A stretch of DNA of 64,000 nt from the human T2T-CHM13v2.0 reference genome, Homo sapiens, in assembly GCF_009914755.1 (NCBI RefSeq), contig NC_060947.1; one strand, 5' to 3'. Made by a program: the position numbers and the translations under genes. Position 1 is the first letter of the stretch. Each line of letters starts with the position of its first letter. Below, piece after piece: positions 16,546 through 34,194 of the stretch. Below the pieces are notes generated by a model that was not told the origin of the DNA, did not search any database, and worked only from the letters and a program-made list of their open reading frames with translations.

Positions 16546-17229
16546 ATATTAGTTTTCTATTGCTGCTGTAACAAATTACCACAAAATTAGCAGCTTAAAA
16601 CACAAATTTATTATCTTACAATTCTGGAGGTCCTAAGTCAGAAATAGCTCCTACTGGGCTAAATCAAAGTGCCAGAGTGGCTGTGTTCCTTCCAGAGGTG
16701 CTAAGAGGGAATCCATTTCCTTTCCTTTTCCAGCTTCTAGAGGCCACCCGTATTCCTTGGCTCATGGCCCCATCCTCCATATTTGAAGCCAGCAATGTCA
16801 AGCTGAGCCTTCCTATGATATCATCTTTCTGGTTCTTCCTCCTTCTTCTACTTTTAAGAACCTTTGTGATTACATTGGGCCCACCCAGATCATCCAGGAT
16901 CACCTTTCTTTCTCTTTCTTTTCCTTCCTTCCTTCCTTTCTTCCTTCCTTCCTTTCCTTTCTTTCCTTTCTTTTATGGAGTTTCGCTCTTGTTGCCCAAG
17001 CTGGAGTGCAATGGTACGGTCTTGGCTCACTGCAACCTCCACCTCCTAGGTTCAAGCAATTCTCCTGCCTCCGCCTCCACAGAAGGGATAACCTTTCATT
17101 TTAAGATAAGGTGATAAGCAGCCTTAATTCCACCTGTAATTTCCCTTTGCCATGTAACATATCATATTCAGAGATTCTGGGGATTAGGATACGGTTATCT
17201 TTGAGGGGGCCATTATTCTGCCAACCACA
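16546..17229 (-). mobile_element. MLT1D-like MaLR LTR interrupted by an Alu fragment
   Basis: tattagttttctattgctgctgtaacaaattaccacaa... to gggggccattattctgccaaccaca. Confidence 0.8.
16904..17078 (-). mobile_element. Alu 3' fragment with (CTTT/CCTT)n tail
   Basis: Pyrimidine tract then ggagtttcgctcttgttgcccaagctggagtgcaatgg. Confidence 0.85.
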
Positions 17230-17834
17230 TTCAGGATATTATGTCTATTGGGGATTAGGATGGGTTTCCACTCATTCAAAGGAAGTATGTCATTTGGTAG
17301 GGACATAGCATTGTCTTTTGGGGAATACAAGAAAGTGTTTATCCTGATGTTTGGATGATGAGTAGGGATCTGGCAATAGGAGTTTGTTCCTGTATATTGG
17401 TCATGTCTGTAGTCACCTCTGCCACCCTGGGCAACACTGCCCATCTGCCAGCCTTTCTCCTGTTAAATGTTGTTCAGCAGGAATGACATCATTCATGCAC
17501 TGACCAGCTTTTCAAGTACATGCTGTTGGCTGTTGTGGGGACAGATGATGAGTGGAATTCAGCATTGATATGAGAGTAATCAGTGTATATGATGAACACA
17601 ATGTATAGTTCCCAAATCCTGAATGACCTCAAAAAGGATTACTGTATTCATCAGATAGCCTATTGAAATATTTAATGAGACCATTATATGAATTGTAGAG
17701 GTCACTGGACATGTTAAATGGCAATGTGGTAATACAAACTGAAAACTCCCAGTGGGGTGAGAGTTTATCAGTGTTCATTCCTCCATATTGGTCACCTGCC
17801 GTGAAGATGACAGCCCTGGGGTAGGTGAGAAAAT

Positions 17835-18159
17835 ACAGTTAATCTTCTGTATCTTCGAGTTCCACATCCATGGATTCGACCAACCATGGATTGAAAATAT
17901 TAGGAAAAAAGAAAAAAAAATAACAAAACAACAAAAAATATGAATAACCAATACAGCACAACTATTTACATAGAATTTACATTGTATTAGGTATGATAAC
18001 CAATATAGAGATGATTTAAAGTGTATGGGAGGACATACATAGGTAATACACAAATATTATGCCATTTTATACAAGGGACTTGGCATCTACAGATGTTGGT
18101 ATCTGCAAGGTGGGGGTGTTCCTGGAACCAATGCCCCACAGATACTGAGGAAAGGCTGT
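17835..18159. mobile_element. MER2 (TcMar-Tigger) DNA transposon relic
   Basis: ta-cagtt...ccatggattc...ttacattgtattaggtat...gagatgatttaaagtgtatgggagg...ggaaccaatgccccacagatactgagg...ctg-ta. Confidence 0.8.
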
Positions 18160-18659
18160 ATACATCATACACAGGTAGGAAAGTGCAGAGATATCATATT
18201 TCTATTCAACAGTGGCTCTTTAGATTGAATTACTTTCTAAAAGATATAGCAAATGAGAGGTTTTTACAAGATTTAGCTTTCCTACTGGTTTTGCAGAATA
18301 TTTTGTGGTTTGTGGTAGATAAATTGATACAGACTTGAAGAAACCAGAAGTGAATTACATTATATTCATTTCTTAAGAATTTCATGAAGATGGCTGAATA
18401 GGAACAGCTCCGGTCTACAGCTCCCAGCGTGAGCGACGCAGAAGACGGGTGATTTCTGCATTTCCATCTGACGTACCGGGTTCATCTCACTAGGGAGTGC
18501 CAGACAGTGGGCACAGGACAGTGGGTGCAGTGCACCGGGCGCGAGCCAAAGCAGGGCGAGGCATTGACTCACTCGGGAAGCACAAGGGGTCAGGGAGTTC
18601 CCTTTCCTAGTCAAAGAAGGGGTGACAGACGGCACCTGGAAAATCGGGTCACTCCCACC

Positions 18660-18827
18660 CTAATACTGCACTTTTCCAATGGGCTTAAAAAAACGGCACA
18701 CCAGGAGATTATATCCCACACATGGCTTGGAGGGTCCTACGCCCACGGAGTCTAGCTGATTGCTAGCACAGCAGTCTGAGATCAAACTGCAAGGCGGCAG
18801 TGAGGCTGGGGGAGGGGCATCTGCCAT
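18660..18827 (-). other. L1 ORF0 homolog (antisense ORF in the 5'UTR), 55 aa with frameshifted C-terminus
   Basis: MADAPPPASLPPCSLISDCCASNQLDSVGVGPS... matches the known ORF0 N-terminus MAGAPPPASLPPCSLISDCCASNQRDSVGVGPS. Confidence 0.75.
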
Positions 18828-19420
18828 TGCCCAGGCTTGATTAGGTAAACAAAGGAGCCGGGAAGCTTGAACTGGTTGGAGCCCACCACAGCTCAAGCAG
18901 GCCTGCCTGCCTCTGTAGGCTCCACCTCTGGGGGCAGGGCACACACAAACAAAAAGACAGCAGTAACCTCTGCAGACTTAAATGTCCCTGTCTGACAGCT
19001 TTGAAGAGAGTAGTAGTTCTCACACAACACAGCTGGAGATGTGAGATCTGGCAGACTGCCTCCTCAAGTGGGTCCTTGACCCCCGAGCAGCCTAACTGGG
19101 AGGCACCCCCCAGTAGGGGCAGACTGACACTTCACATGGCCGGGTACTCCCCTGAGACAAAACTTCCAGAGGAACGATCAGACAGCAGCATTTGCGGATC
19201 ACCAATATCTGCTGTTCTACAGCCACCACTGTTCTGCAGCTACTGCTGCTGATACCCAGGCAAACAGGGTCTGGAGTGGACCTCTAGCAAACTCCAACAG
19301 ATCTGCAGTTGAGGGTCCTGCCTGTTAGAAGGAAAACTAACAAACAGAAAGGACATCCACACCAAAAACCCATCTGTACATCACCATCATCAAAGACCAA
19401 AAGTAGATAAAACCACAAAG

Positions 19421-20438
19421 ATGGGGAAAAAACAGAGCAGAAAAACTGGAAACTCTCAAAAGCAGAGTGCCTCTCCTCCTCCAAAGGAACACAGATCCTC
19501 ACCAGCAACGGAACAAAGCTGGATGGAGAATGACTTTGACGAGTTGAGAGAAGAAGGCTTCAGATGATCAAACTATTACGAGCTACAGGAGGAAATTCAA
19601 ACCAATGGCAAAGAAGTTAAAAACTTTGAAAAAAAAATTAGACGAATGGATAACTAGAATAACCAATGCAGAAAAGTCCTTAAAGGAGCTGATGGAGCTG
19701 AAAGCCAAGGCTCGAGAACTACATGAAGAATGCAGAAGCCTCAGGAGCCGATGCGATCAACTGGAAGAAAGGGTATCAGTGATGGAAGACAAAATGAATG
19801 AAATGAAGCAAGAAGGGAAGTTTAGAGAAAAAAGAATAAAAAGAAATGAACAAAGCCTCCAAGAAATATGGGACTATGTAAAAAGACCAAATCTACGTCT
19901 GATTGGTGTACCTGAAAGCAATGGGGAGAATGGAACCAAGTTGGAAAACACTCTGTAGGATATTATCTAGGAGAACTTCCCCAATCTAGCAAGGCAGGCC
20001 AACATTCAGATTCAGGAAATACAGAGAACGCCACAAAGATACTCCTCAAGAAGAGCAACTCCAAGAAACATAATTGTCAGATTCACCAAAGTTGAAATGA
20101 AGGAAAAAATGTTAAGGGCAGCCAGAGAGAAAGGTCAGGTTACCCACAAAGGGAAGCCCATCAGACTAACAGCGGATCTCTCGGCAGAAACTCTACAAGC
20201 CAGAAGAGAGTGGGGGCCAATATTCAACATTCTTAAAGAAAAGAATTTTCAACCCAGAATTTCATACCCAGCCAAACTAAGCTTCATAAGTGAAGGAGAA
20301 ATAAAATACTTTACAGACAAACAAATGCTGAGACATTTTGTCACCACCAGACCTGCCCTAAAAGAGCTCCTGAAGGAAGCACTAAACATGGAAAGGAACA
20401 ACCGGTAGCAGCCACTGCAAAAACATGCCAAAATGTAA
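19421..20438 (+). pseudogene. L1 ORF1p, disrupted
   Basis: ATGGGGAAAAAACAG start; fragments EQSLQEIWDYVKRPNLRLIGVPE and ARREWGPIFNILKEKNFQPRISYPAKLSF; in-frame stops. Confidence 0.93.
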
Positions 20439-20501
20439 AGACCATCGAGGCTAGGAAGAAACTGCATCAACTAACGAGCAAAATAACCAGCTAACATCAT
20501 A

Positions 20502-24329
<3,828 letters not shown>

Positions 24330-24542
24330 ACAATGAGAACACATGGACACAGGAAGGGGAACATCACACTCTGGGGACTGTTGTGGGGTGGGGGGAGGGG
24401 GGAGGGATAGCATTAGGAGATATACCTAATGCTAAATGACGAGTTAATGGGTGCAGCACACCAACATGGCATATGTATACATATGTAACAAACCTGCACA
24501 TTGTGCACATGTACCCTAAAACTTAAAGTGTATTAAAAAAAA

Positions 24543-24730
24543 GCGCTGTTTGGAGATATACCCTATATATTCAAAGCTAATAGAGGAGAATATCAGTATA
24601 TATGAATTACAAAATTAGGGTTGGGTGTGCTCTATGGCTAGAATAGGCAAATCTAATTTTTTACTTTTGCTTTTATATATTTCTTTTATGCATTTGTAAT
24701 ATTAAAATTCCCTATAGCTCCAAAAAAAAA
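24543..24730 (+). other. Probable L1 3'-transduced segment with its own ATTAAA and A tail
   Basis: 179 nt of non-L1 sequence between the L1 A tail and a second A9; ATTAAA at 24701-24706; 3' TSD copy follows at 24729. Confidence 0.75.
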
Positions 24731-26063
24731 GAATTTCACAAAGTTATAAGTGAATTGTATAACCTCTTACTATTGTCTCAATGTAGGCACAAATGCCACT
24801 TTATTTCTTCATGTTGGATTTGTTTCACTGGAACACTGTTTTGTGGAGAATGTAGATGAGGTGTTACTTGCTCTCCTGCACACACAATTATGTTATCTTT
24901 AGCATAAGTAGCAGTCTCCCTGGATACAGGAGTCCATTAATCAGCACATCCTCTTAAATTAATTAAATGTAAGTAAGCAATCTAAATATGCTCAGCCAGC
25001 TCTTTAGTGATCACTCAGCTTGGTGGGGGTTTGGTCACTGTTCTTGATGGCTTACCTCCTATTTAGAGGGCAGAGTTTTAGGTTCTGCTTTAGTGCCGCT
25101 GTGTGTCGTAATATGAGAATGAGGCATTCCACATTTTATGCCATTGGTAGACTCACCCTTTCACTTGAGGTGCCCTTTTCCAACATGTCTGAATTCTGTG
25201 CAACTTTCAAGGCTTAACTCAGTTGCCATGTCTGTCTTTAAGCTTTCTCTAATGAACCGAAGCCATAGCAATCTCCTTCCTCTGGAATTTTATCACTCTC
25301 AATGTCTTGTGCCTCTCTTTAGCACTGTATGGTGTCACCAGTTATATTTTCATGTATACATCATAGACTCAAAGGGTTATTAGTTGACTAGATTGTTTGC
25401 AGTCTGGTCTAGAGGTGCAGCACTGGGAATGAGTGAAAAAGAAGAGACAGATGATTGATTGGCTATATGGTGGTTGAGAAAGAGGGTGGAGTTTAAGTTG
25501 ATGCTATTATTTCAAGGTTGGTAGCCCCACTGACAGAAATGAATCAAGCTTTCTATTCTCAGCTAGATTATCCACCTTTTGTCAGCTAGTATAGATGAAG
25601 TACTCAATTAATCCTTGTTGAGGTTAATTGAATTCACTTCAACTGGAACCTTTTCTCTATCTTTTTGGTATTGGTCCAAAGTCTCAGTGTAGTGCTCTCC
25701 ATGCCATTCTCTCATATTTGGGCTTGTTCTTGCCAGACGTTGCAGAAAATGGTATTCATACAAATCTGCCACCCCGTGTTCCTTATTCTCTGCATGTATC
25801 CTACATGGGTAAATCGTGTTCACTACCACACCCTCTGATACAGACTCTGTCCTGATGCATCTCTCAATGCCCCAACTTCCTTTCTCCCTCCTCCTAACCA
25901 TTTTCATTTCTACCATAGGCTTAATTTGGAGGAGAAAAGCATCTCCCCTCATGAACACTGAGTATTGTATCTATCCAGGGCTTTTCCCTTTGCCAATAGG
26001 AACATTCCCAAGTGATATCTTCCTAATGGGGAATTTTAAGCACTAGCGGGATGATAGCCTAAA

Positions 26064-26290
26064 GAAGGGATTGGCAAGCTTTGTCTTTAAAGGGCCAGAT
26101 AGTACATCTTTTAGTTTTTCTAGGCCTTTTCACAACTGCTCAACTCTGCTGTTGTAGTTAGACAATATCTAAATGAATTATTAGGCAATATGTAAATGAC
26201 TGATAATGGCTGTGTTCCAACACAATTTAATTTACAAAAACAGACAGCAGGCCAGATTTAGTCCACAGACCATAGTTTGCTCAACTCTAG
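26064..26290. mobile_element. MER58A-like hAT-Charlie relic
   Basis: gggattggcaagcttt...aaagggccagatagta...ggctgtgttccaa...atttacaaaaacag...gtttgctcaactct. Confidence 0.75.
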
Positions 26291-26399
26291 TCTACAGTCT
26301 TAATTTTTGGCATTTCCACTGTCTGTGAAATAATAACAGAAAAGCAATGGCCATTTCTCGCCATCTACCTATCGCTCTCTTATACATATCCCATATACG

Positions 26400-26421
26400 T
26401 ATAAATATATGTATATATATA

Positions 26422-26452
<31 letters not shown>
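26400..26452. repeat. (TA)n(TG)n(TA)n compound microsatellite
   Basis: Directly visible. Confidence 0.9.
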
Positions 26453-27392
26453 CTTGCATTTCAGTGACAGGAAACTTTGTGATGTGCAGAAAAGGCAAGG
26501 GAGTATGTTTTTCCACTGAGAACCTTGGCTGTGAATGTTACAGATGCTAGCATTCCAGACAGAACTGCACAGATGCCTTAGAGAAGCATCAGGGGCTGGT
26601 TATGCATAGAAGTAGAATTAAAGAAGGAAAATTAGAAAGAGTGTCTATCAGATGAAAATACTCATTCTTGGAAAACTTCCAATTTTATGTAGTAAGTTTT
26701 ATGGACTAGTGTAAGACAATCATAGTTCCTGCAATAATGAAACTGAATAGTTGTTTGAGAGTTTTTCTAAGTAGCCCAAGGAACAATTTCCTCAAGAAGT
26801 GGATTTTTGTAGGTTTTTTTGTCCTTAATATTGTCCAACTGAAATTTTTTTCCTAAGAATCTGCTTATCCTATAACGATTTAGGATTATAACACAAAACA
26901 TAATGTGTATTAACAAAACTGACCATTTTGTTCATGCTTTTCTTAAGGCACTCTGAGTTTCTGGACTTAAATAATACATGTGAGGATAAGTTTTATGTGT
27001 CAACTTGGCTAGACTACAGTCCCCAGTTATTTAATCAAACGGTAATCTAGGTGATGCTGTGAAGGTATTTTGTAGGTATGGTTAACATCTACAATAAGTT
27101 CACTTTAAGTAAAGGAGATTACTCTTGATGACGTGGGTGGGCCTCATCCAATCAGTTGAAGGCTTTGAGAGCAAAACCTGAGTTACCAGAGGAATTTTTG
27201 CCTTAGGACTACAGCAGTTTTCAGCCTGCCTCCTTGCCTTGTGGATTTCAGAATCAAGACTGCAACACTGACTCTTCATGAGTCTCCAGCGTGCTGGCCT
27301 GCCCTGCAAAATCCAGACTGCTAGCTGTATTAGTTAGGGTTCTCCATAGAAAAACAACCAATAGGAAAGAGATAGATGATGGATAAATAGAT

Positions 27393-27442
<50 letters not shown>

Positions 27443-27446
27443 CAGA
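27393..27446. repeat. (GATA)n tetranucleotide STR
   Basis: About 12 GATA units, then GACA. Confidence 0.95.
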
Positions 27447-27769
27447 CATTTATCATAAGGGATTGGCTTATGTGATTATGGAGGCCGAGAAGTCCCATGA
27501 TCTGCCATCTGCAAACTGGAGGCCCAGGAAAGCCAATGGTGTATTTCCAGTTCAAACCCAAAAGCCTGAGAATGAGGGGAGTAAACGGTATAAATCCCAA
27601 TTTGATTCTGAAGCCTGAGAATCAGGAGCAATGATGTCTGAGGGCAAGAGACCACAGATATCCCAGCTGTAGCAGAGAGCAAATTTGCCCTTCCTGTGCC
27701 TTTTTGTTCTATTCAGGTGCTAAACAATTTGGATGATGATGATGCTCACATGCATTGATGAGCATCATC

Positions 27770-28078
<309 letters not shown>

Positions 28079-28232
28079 TGAGTCTGATTCAAATCCTAAT
28101 CTCTTCCAGAAACATTCACAGACACAACCAGAAATAATGTTTTACCAGCTATCTGGGCATACCTTAGCCCAGTCACATTGATGCATAAATCATCACACCA
28201 GCTCCAACACATGAGCCAATTCCTTAAATCAA

Positions 28233-28239
28233 TCTCTCT

Positions 28240-28276
<37 letters not shown>
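28233..28276. repeat. (TC)n(CA)n microsatellite
   Basis: Directly visible. Confidence 0.9.
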
Positions 28277-28278
<2 letters not shown>

Positions 28279-29012
28279 GTTGGTTGTTTCTCTGGTGAAC
28301 TCTCACTGATACATTGAAAGAGTAGCTAGCCTGGCTGTATTTCTAGCAGAAAAACTGGAAAATATGTCTATGTGTTGGCTAAATTATTCCAGGACAAGGG
28401 TCAGCTGTGCCTAGAATACCAGTAATCTCAGATATAAAACTTTCAGATGTACATTGGGGGAAATATAACACCCTGCTAGGTTATAGAAACAAACTTTTCT
28501 AAGGCTTCTCTTTTGAAATATTTCTTACTGGGTGAGGTCAACACAGAGTAGAAATGTAAGCAGGTTGATAGGAGATGAACATAGACAGTAGAGAGTGATG
28601 TCTGAAGTCCCTGTCATTGACATGTGAAACTGATCTCCAGTCACCCCATAAAACTCTTAGTGTTCCTTATTGTCATCCACATAGCAGATGAAGCATGAAA
28701 ATAAGAGGTGCTCAATTAATATCTCAGCTATCTCTTTTCAGACGTTACAGAAGCAACCAAAGTCCTGTGATTCTGAATCCAGCATTCTTTGCACTGCTTT
28801 ACATCAAAATACAACACTAAATAAAATCAGAACAAAAGATCCCACATTAAAGTCTTTAGATGGAATATTATAGCTAGACTATCTCATATGCTCGGCCTCC
28901 ATATCAGTCTGGGTGCAATCAGGAGAAAGAAACTATTTAAACAGGAGAATTTTAATATAAGGAATTATTAAACTATGGTAAGAGTATCTATAAGAAAAAT
29001 CTATATAGTTTC

Positions 29013-29615
29013 TGTAGGGCACAAGGCCCTTGGCCTTGTGGTTTCACTTAAAAATCAACTTGCAAAAGGCAGATTAATTAGAGAAAAGTCATACACATTT
29101 ATTTAATGTATATATAGATGACAGCCTTCAGAATGAAAGGCCCAAACATACAGGAGACATTGCTCATTTTTATGCTTAGGTTCAACAATGTATGGAGAGC
29201 TGTATAGAAATATGATTGGACAAAAAGATATGCTCTAATGCTAATAGACTGAGTGGGAAAATCCAGCAAAGTTTCACTATCTAGATTGTTCCTGTCCTCT
29301 CTGAGCATGGGGTAGGTCCCTCTCTGGAATGGGAGTCTCGTGACCTACAGTCAAATAAGGTAGGTCAGATAATTTCTTTATTGCCAGTTTTTATATAGAA
29401 AAGAAGAGGGAAAATTAGAGTAATATTTTTAGCATTTATGCTGGCTTTGGGGAAAAAGGGTTCTGGTTTCTATGACCCACCTTGGGGAAGTAAGATTCTA
29501 GCTTCTATGGCTAGCCTCAGGGGAGAATGGGACTGAGACAGGAGGGCAGGATGTCAAAGAAAAACTTTTGCTTCTGAGGCCTTCATTTGGGGGTATTGTT
29601 TTCTAAGTCCCAACA
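29013..29615 (-). mobile_element. ERV1-class solo LTR (MER4-group, MER39/MER34-like)
   Basis: Reverse complement begins tgttgggacttagaaaacaatacccccaaatgaaggcctcagaagcaaaag; ends ...ctaca. Confidence 0.65.
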
Positions 29616-30934
29616 TATCCAAAGGCTGAGAAGAGTACCCAAGGAAGGACAAATTTGGAAAGGTGCCCCAATCTACAGGGCTAAGGTTCAGACCTTGCTG
29701 AAAGTCTATTGTAGTTGCAGTCCAATGGATTGCAGAAAAGTCAGCCAGTTTGAGGCAGACCTGTTCTGCAGTCACTGAGCAAACAGGAAGCAACCCTCCA
29801 GAGGGCAGATGAGGCACAGTTAGGATGCAGGCAAGCCCCAGACAGCGCTCGATGCAAGGGCATGCAGAGGGAGTGGGATCCCCAGCGGTAACCCTCTAGC
29901 ACATAGGCAGGGCTATAGTCAATGGCCAAGTATATGGTCGTGCAGAGGAACTGGGAGTGCTAGTGTGGCAGGAGGCCTGGAGTGTACCATATCCTGTCAG
30001 GAGAGCTGGATGTTATAAGAACTGTGGAATACCAAACCGGGAAGGACTCAGGAACAGAGGGAGTCAGGACACTGGTGCAGGTGTCCATGTAAAGATGGCA
30101 ATAGCAAAGTGATCACCAGACCAGGCTGGAGCTGTGAGGGCATCAGAAACCACACATTCTGGGTCTGTGGCTGGCATAGGGCACCACCAGATACTCTCAC
30201 AGCCACACTGTTAACCCACCACAAACGAAACAGCAGAAATCCCTTCCACTTGGAATGCAGCTGTAGTGCTCACTACTGAGAAAGCACAACATATGTTTAC
30301 TGGAAAGGAGAAATGCCTAAAGCAATTCTGTCCATTATCGCTGAGCATATATTGAAGGTGAATTTGAAGGTGAGGTGCAATACATTGGTAACAGGCACAG
30401 TCTACTCTCTTGGTTGCCTCCATGTGAACCCCTTGACACACATCAAAATTCCCTTGCAGCAGCAAAACAACGTTTTCTACCTAACATGATACACCAATCC
30501 TTCTTGTAAGTGAAGTGCTCACTCTTACCTAAAGTTAGATGACCAGGATTCTCCAGTGATTGCAATTATCATGGGATCCATTAAGTATTCCTCAAATTCA
30601 GTCAGGTGCCCACTGAATATTATCTTACCTAAAGACAAGTAAAGTTAATCTCCCATGAAGTTGTGCATAAAATTAAAAATAAGAACCAGGATAGCAAAAA
30701 AAGAAGTACACATATTTGAATAAAAGCATCCGTATGATAAACATAGAGAAATATGCAAAGTAACAATAGTCTTTGTTTTTGTAATTTGTCTCAAGGTCTG
30801 AGCTCTTCAATTACCAATTATAATTTTCTCTCAACCTCAGCTAAAATTTTAAAAGCTTTATTTACTTCAGTTCTTTACCTAGTAAGGCTATCCAAACTTT
30901 CATTTCCCAGGGGTCTCAGCCCTGAACCACCCTA

Positions 30935-31786
<852 letters not shown>

Positions 31787-31896
31787 CTGAAAGTCAAACT
31801 TTTATTTCCATGGATTACTTGAAAACTTGACCCATAAATTAAGAGAACAAATTTATATACATAATAGTCACTGAGTCACTTAACAACTTTTAATCT

Positions 31897-31902
31897 TTTA
31901 TT
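31897..31902 (-). terminator. Candidate USP26 polyadenylation signal AATAAA (alternatives: 33288-33293 AATAAA, 33368-33373 ATTAAA)
   Basis: tttatt on + strand, followed on the minus strand by GU/U-rich sequence; usage not shown by sequence alone. Confidence 0.4.
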
Positions 31903-33483
31903 TGAAAACATACCATGTAGATACTATACAAGCATTCATAGTGCATTCAGAATTTCTTCTCACAGGGCAACAATGGATTGCAGCCATGATCCTCCCTGTC
32001 ATGGATACCCCTACCATCTTCTTCACATTTCATTTTGCCCTGCATTTGGAAGTGCTACATGCTGAAGAGCAGCATGACCAGGATGTAAACTCTGTACTAA
32101 AATATCAAGTTATTAGCATCTTCACACTCCTTTCAAAACAAAACAACTTTCCTTCATTCTTACCAAAATCCTGTTCTGATATCTATGTAACTGGGCTCAA
32201 CATAAACTACTCTAGAGGCCAAAAAACTGAAATTTAGAAACCAAACTGTCACTCTCCTCTAAATGCAACTCCAGCCTTATCCTTCAGCTGCTGAAGTACT
32301 ACAGAAGTTGAACAATCACTCATTGTGTCTGTAACACCTTCTTCCCTAAGAGTGATCAATTCAATCTATGATATTCCCTCCTATATACCTTAGCAATCTT
32401 CAGGTCTCATAAGACCTCCTTCTAGATAAACTGTGTTCTGAATACAATCTCCAAACTTTGGAATCTGGTTTTCCTCTTACAGGGTATTACCTACTAATAA
32501 CTTCCCCACATCACTAAAATCCAACTCACCTATTTTAAAGGACCCTAGGCTTAAGAGCATCAACAAGCTCTTGGATTAATACAACTATACTGAAGCCATA
32601 CCCCATATACAAGGGGGCATATTCCTATTGGTAAAGGTGTGACTGAAAATTCAATCCTATGTTATGTGAGAAAACCTCTTAGTACAAGTCATTTGTTCAC
32701 AGCAAAGGCACAAAGTACAACAGATTCACTGCCTCAAAGGCAGGAAAAGGTTATGATAATAGTGGTGGCACATGCTTGATGGCAAAATTATTAAATCCCC
32801 TGGATTTTAATGAAATATGACCACCCTAGGATCCATGCATCTTTCCCCAGAAGCAGAACATCTTCATATGGAGTTTCTGATGTTGTGTCAAATAAGTAAC
32901 AAGTAATACTTTCAAATTCTACAAGTCCACTTTAAAGCATATATTGCTTACTCATTGAAGAAACAAGACCACCACACTATAAGGTACAGAGATGTAAAAA
33001 AAAAAAAAAAATCTGGAATTAGTCATGTAATGTTGAATGCAGAGGATTGTTCAAGGTTTCGCAGATGAAGTCCAGGTAAACAAAGTTCCTCTGAGGCAAT
33101 GAAAGTGCCCCTCTAAGAAAACTAACATGGCAAGGTGGGCTCAGACCACCAAGGGCCAAGAGCTTGCTAGCAGACACACAGGAAATGTGGGCCAATTTCT
33201 TAAAAGCAAATCAATCTGGAGATTTGACTTGGCGTTTAGCCTCATCTATATATGCCCAAGAGGATTCAAAAGTTATCAGCCTCATTTTTTATTGCCAGGA
33301 TCCCAGCAACTATTTTTTTCCACCAAATTGCAGAGTATGATCAGAAGTGATTTTTGTGAGTTTGGCTTTTAATAAGTTCACAAAGGCAAGGCATACATTA
33401 ATATGAAAAACACAAAAATGTAATCAAAACCTTTTACAAAATAAGCAATTTAAATATACAACCAAGGTAGTGTATGTAGTACA

Positions 33484-33654
33484 GTAGTGGTTCTCAAACT
33501 GTATCAAGCATCACGGTCTCCATCAGATTGCTATCCCTTACCCCAAGTTTCTGAATCAGTAGGTCTACAGTGGAACCCAAGATTTTGCATTTCAAATGAC
33601 TACCCCCATGCTCCTGGTGCTGCTAGTTTAAGGAGCATACTTTTTAAACCACTG
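33484..33654. mobile_element. MER5A hAT-Charlie relic
   Basis: gtggttctcaaact...tttctgaatcagtaggtct...ttgcatttc...aaaccactg. Confidence 0.78.
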
Positions 33655-33670
33655 TATTAGAACATGGAAA

Positions 33671-33945
33671 GAGGCAGGAAGATTGCTTGAGGCCAGGAGT
33701 TCAAGTCCAACCTGGGCAGCATAGTGAGACCCTGTCTCTGCAAAAAGCAAAAAAAAAAAAAAAATAGCTAGGCCTGGTGGCACACATCTATAGTCCCATC
33801 TCAAGCAAGAAGATAAGTCCCTCTCTTTTCAGGAGGCTGAGAGAGAATCGCTTGATGCCAGGAGTTTGAGGCTGCAGTGAGTTATTATTGAAGGACTGCA
33901 CTCTAGCCAGGATGACAGAGCAAGACCCTGACTATATTAAAATGA
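33671..33945 (+). mobile_element. 5'-truncated old Alu, antisense in the probable USP26 3'UTR
   Basis: Alu arms; TSD gaacatggaaa (33660-33670)/gaacatgaaaa (33950-33960); ~30-nt non-Alu insert at ~33798-33828. Confidence 0.85.
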
Positions 33946-34194
33946 AGAAGAACATGAAAAACACAATTTCAGTCTTGTAGGAGAGAAGGATGCTCATCAG
34001 CCAGAGCTATGGGATTGAGGTGTCTGTGTCAGGATTAGAATGCAGATCTCCCCATTAAGTGTTTCTGTTTGACCTTTGGTCCTAGACTAATTGCATTTTC
34101 ATCTCTGGATAAAGTTCACAGTTTTCCTTCCATGGAGGAAGTGGTATCGAGTGAGACAGTCAGGCAGATCTGTACAAGGAGGAGTACGTTCCTC

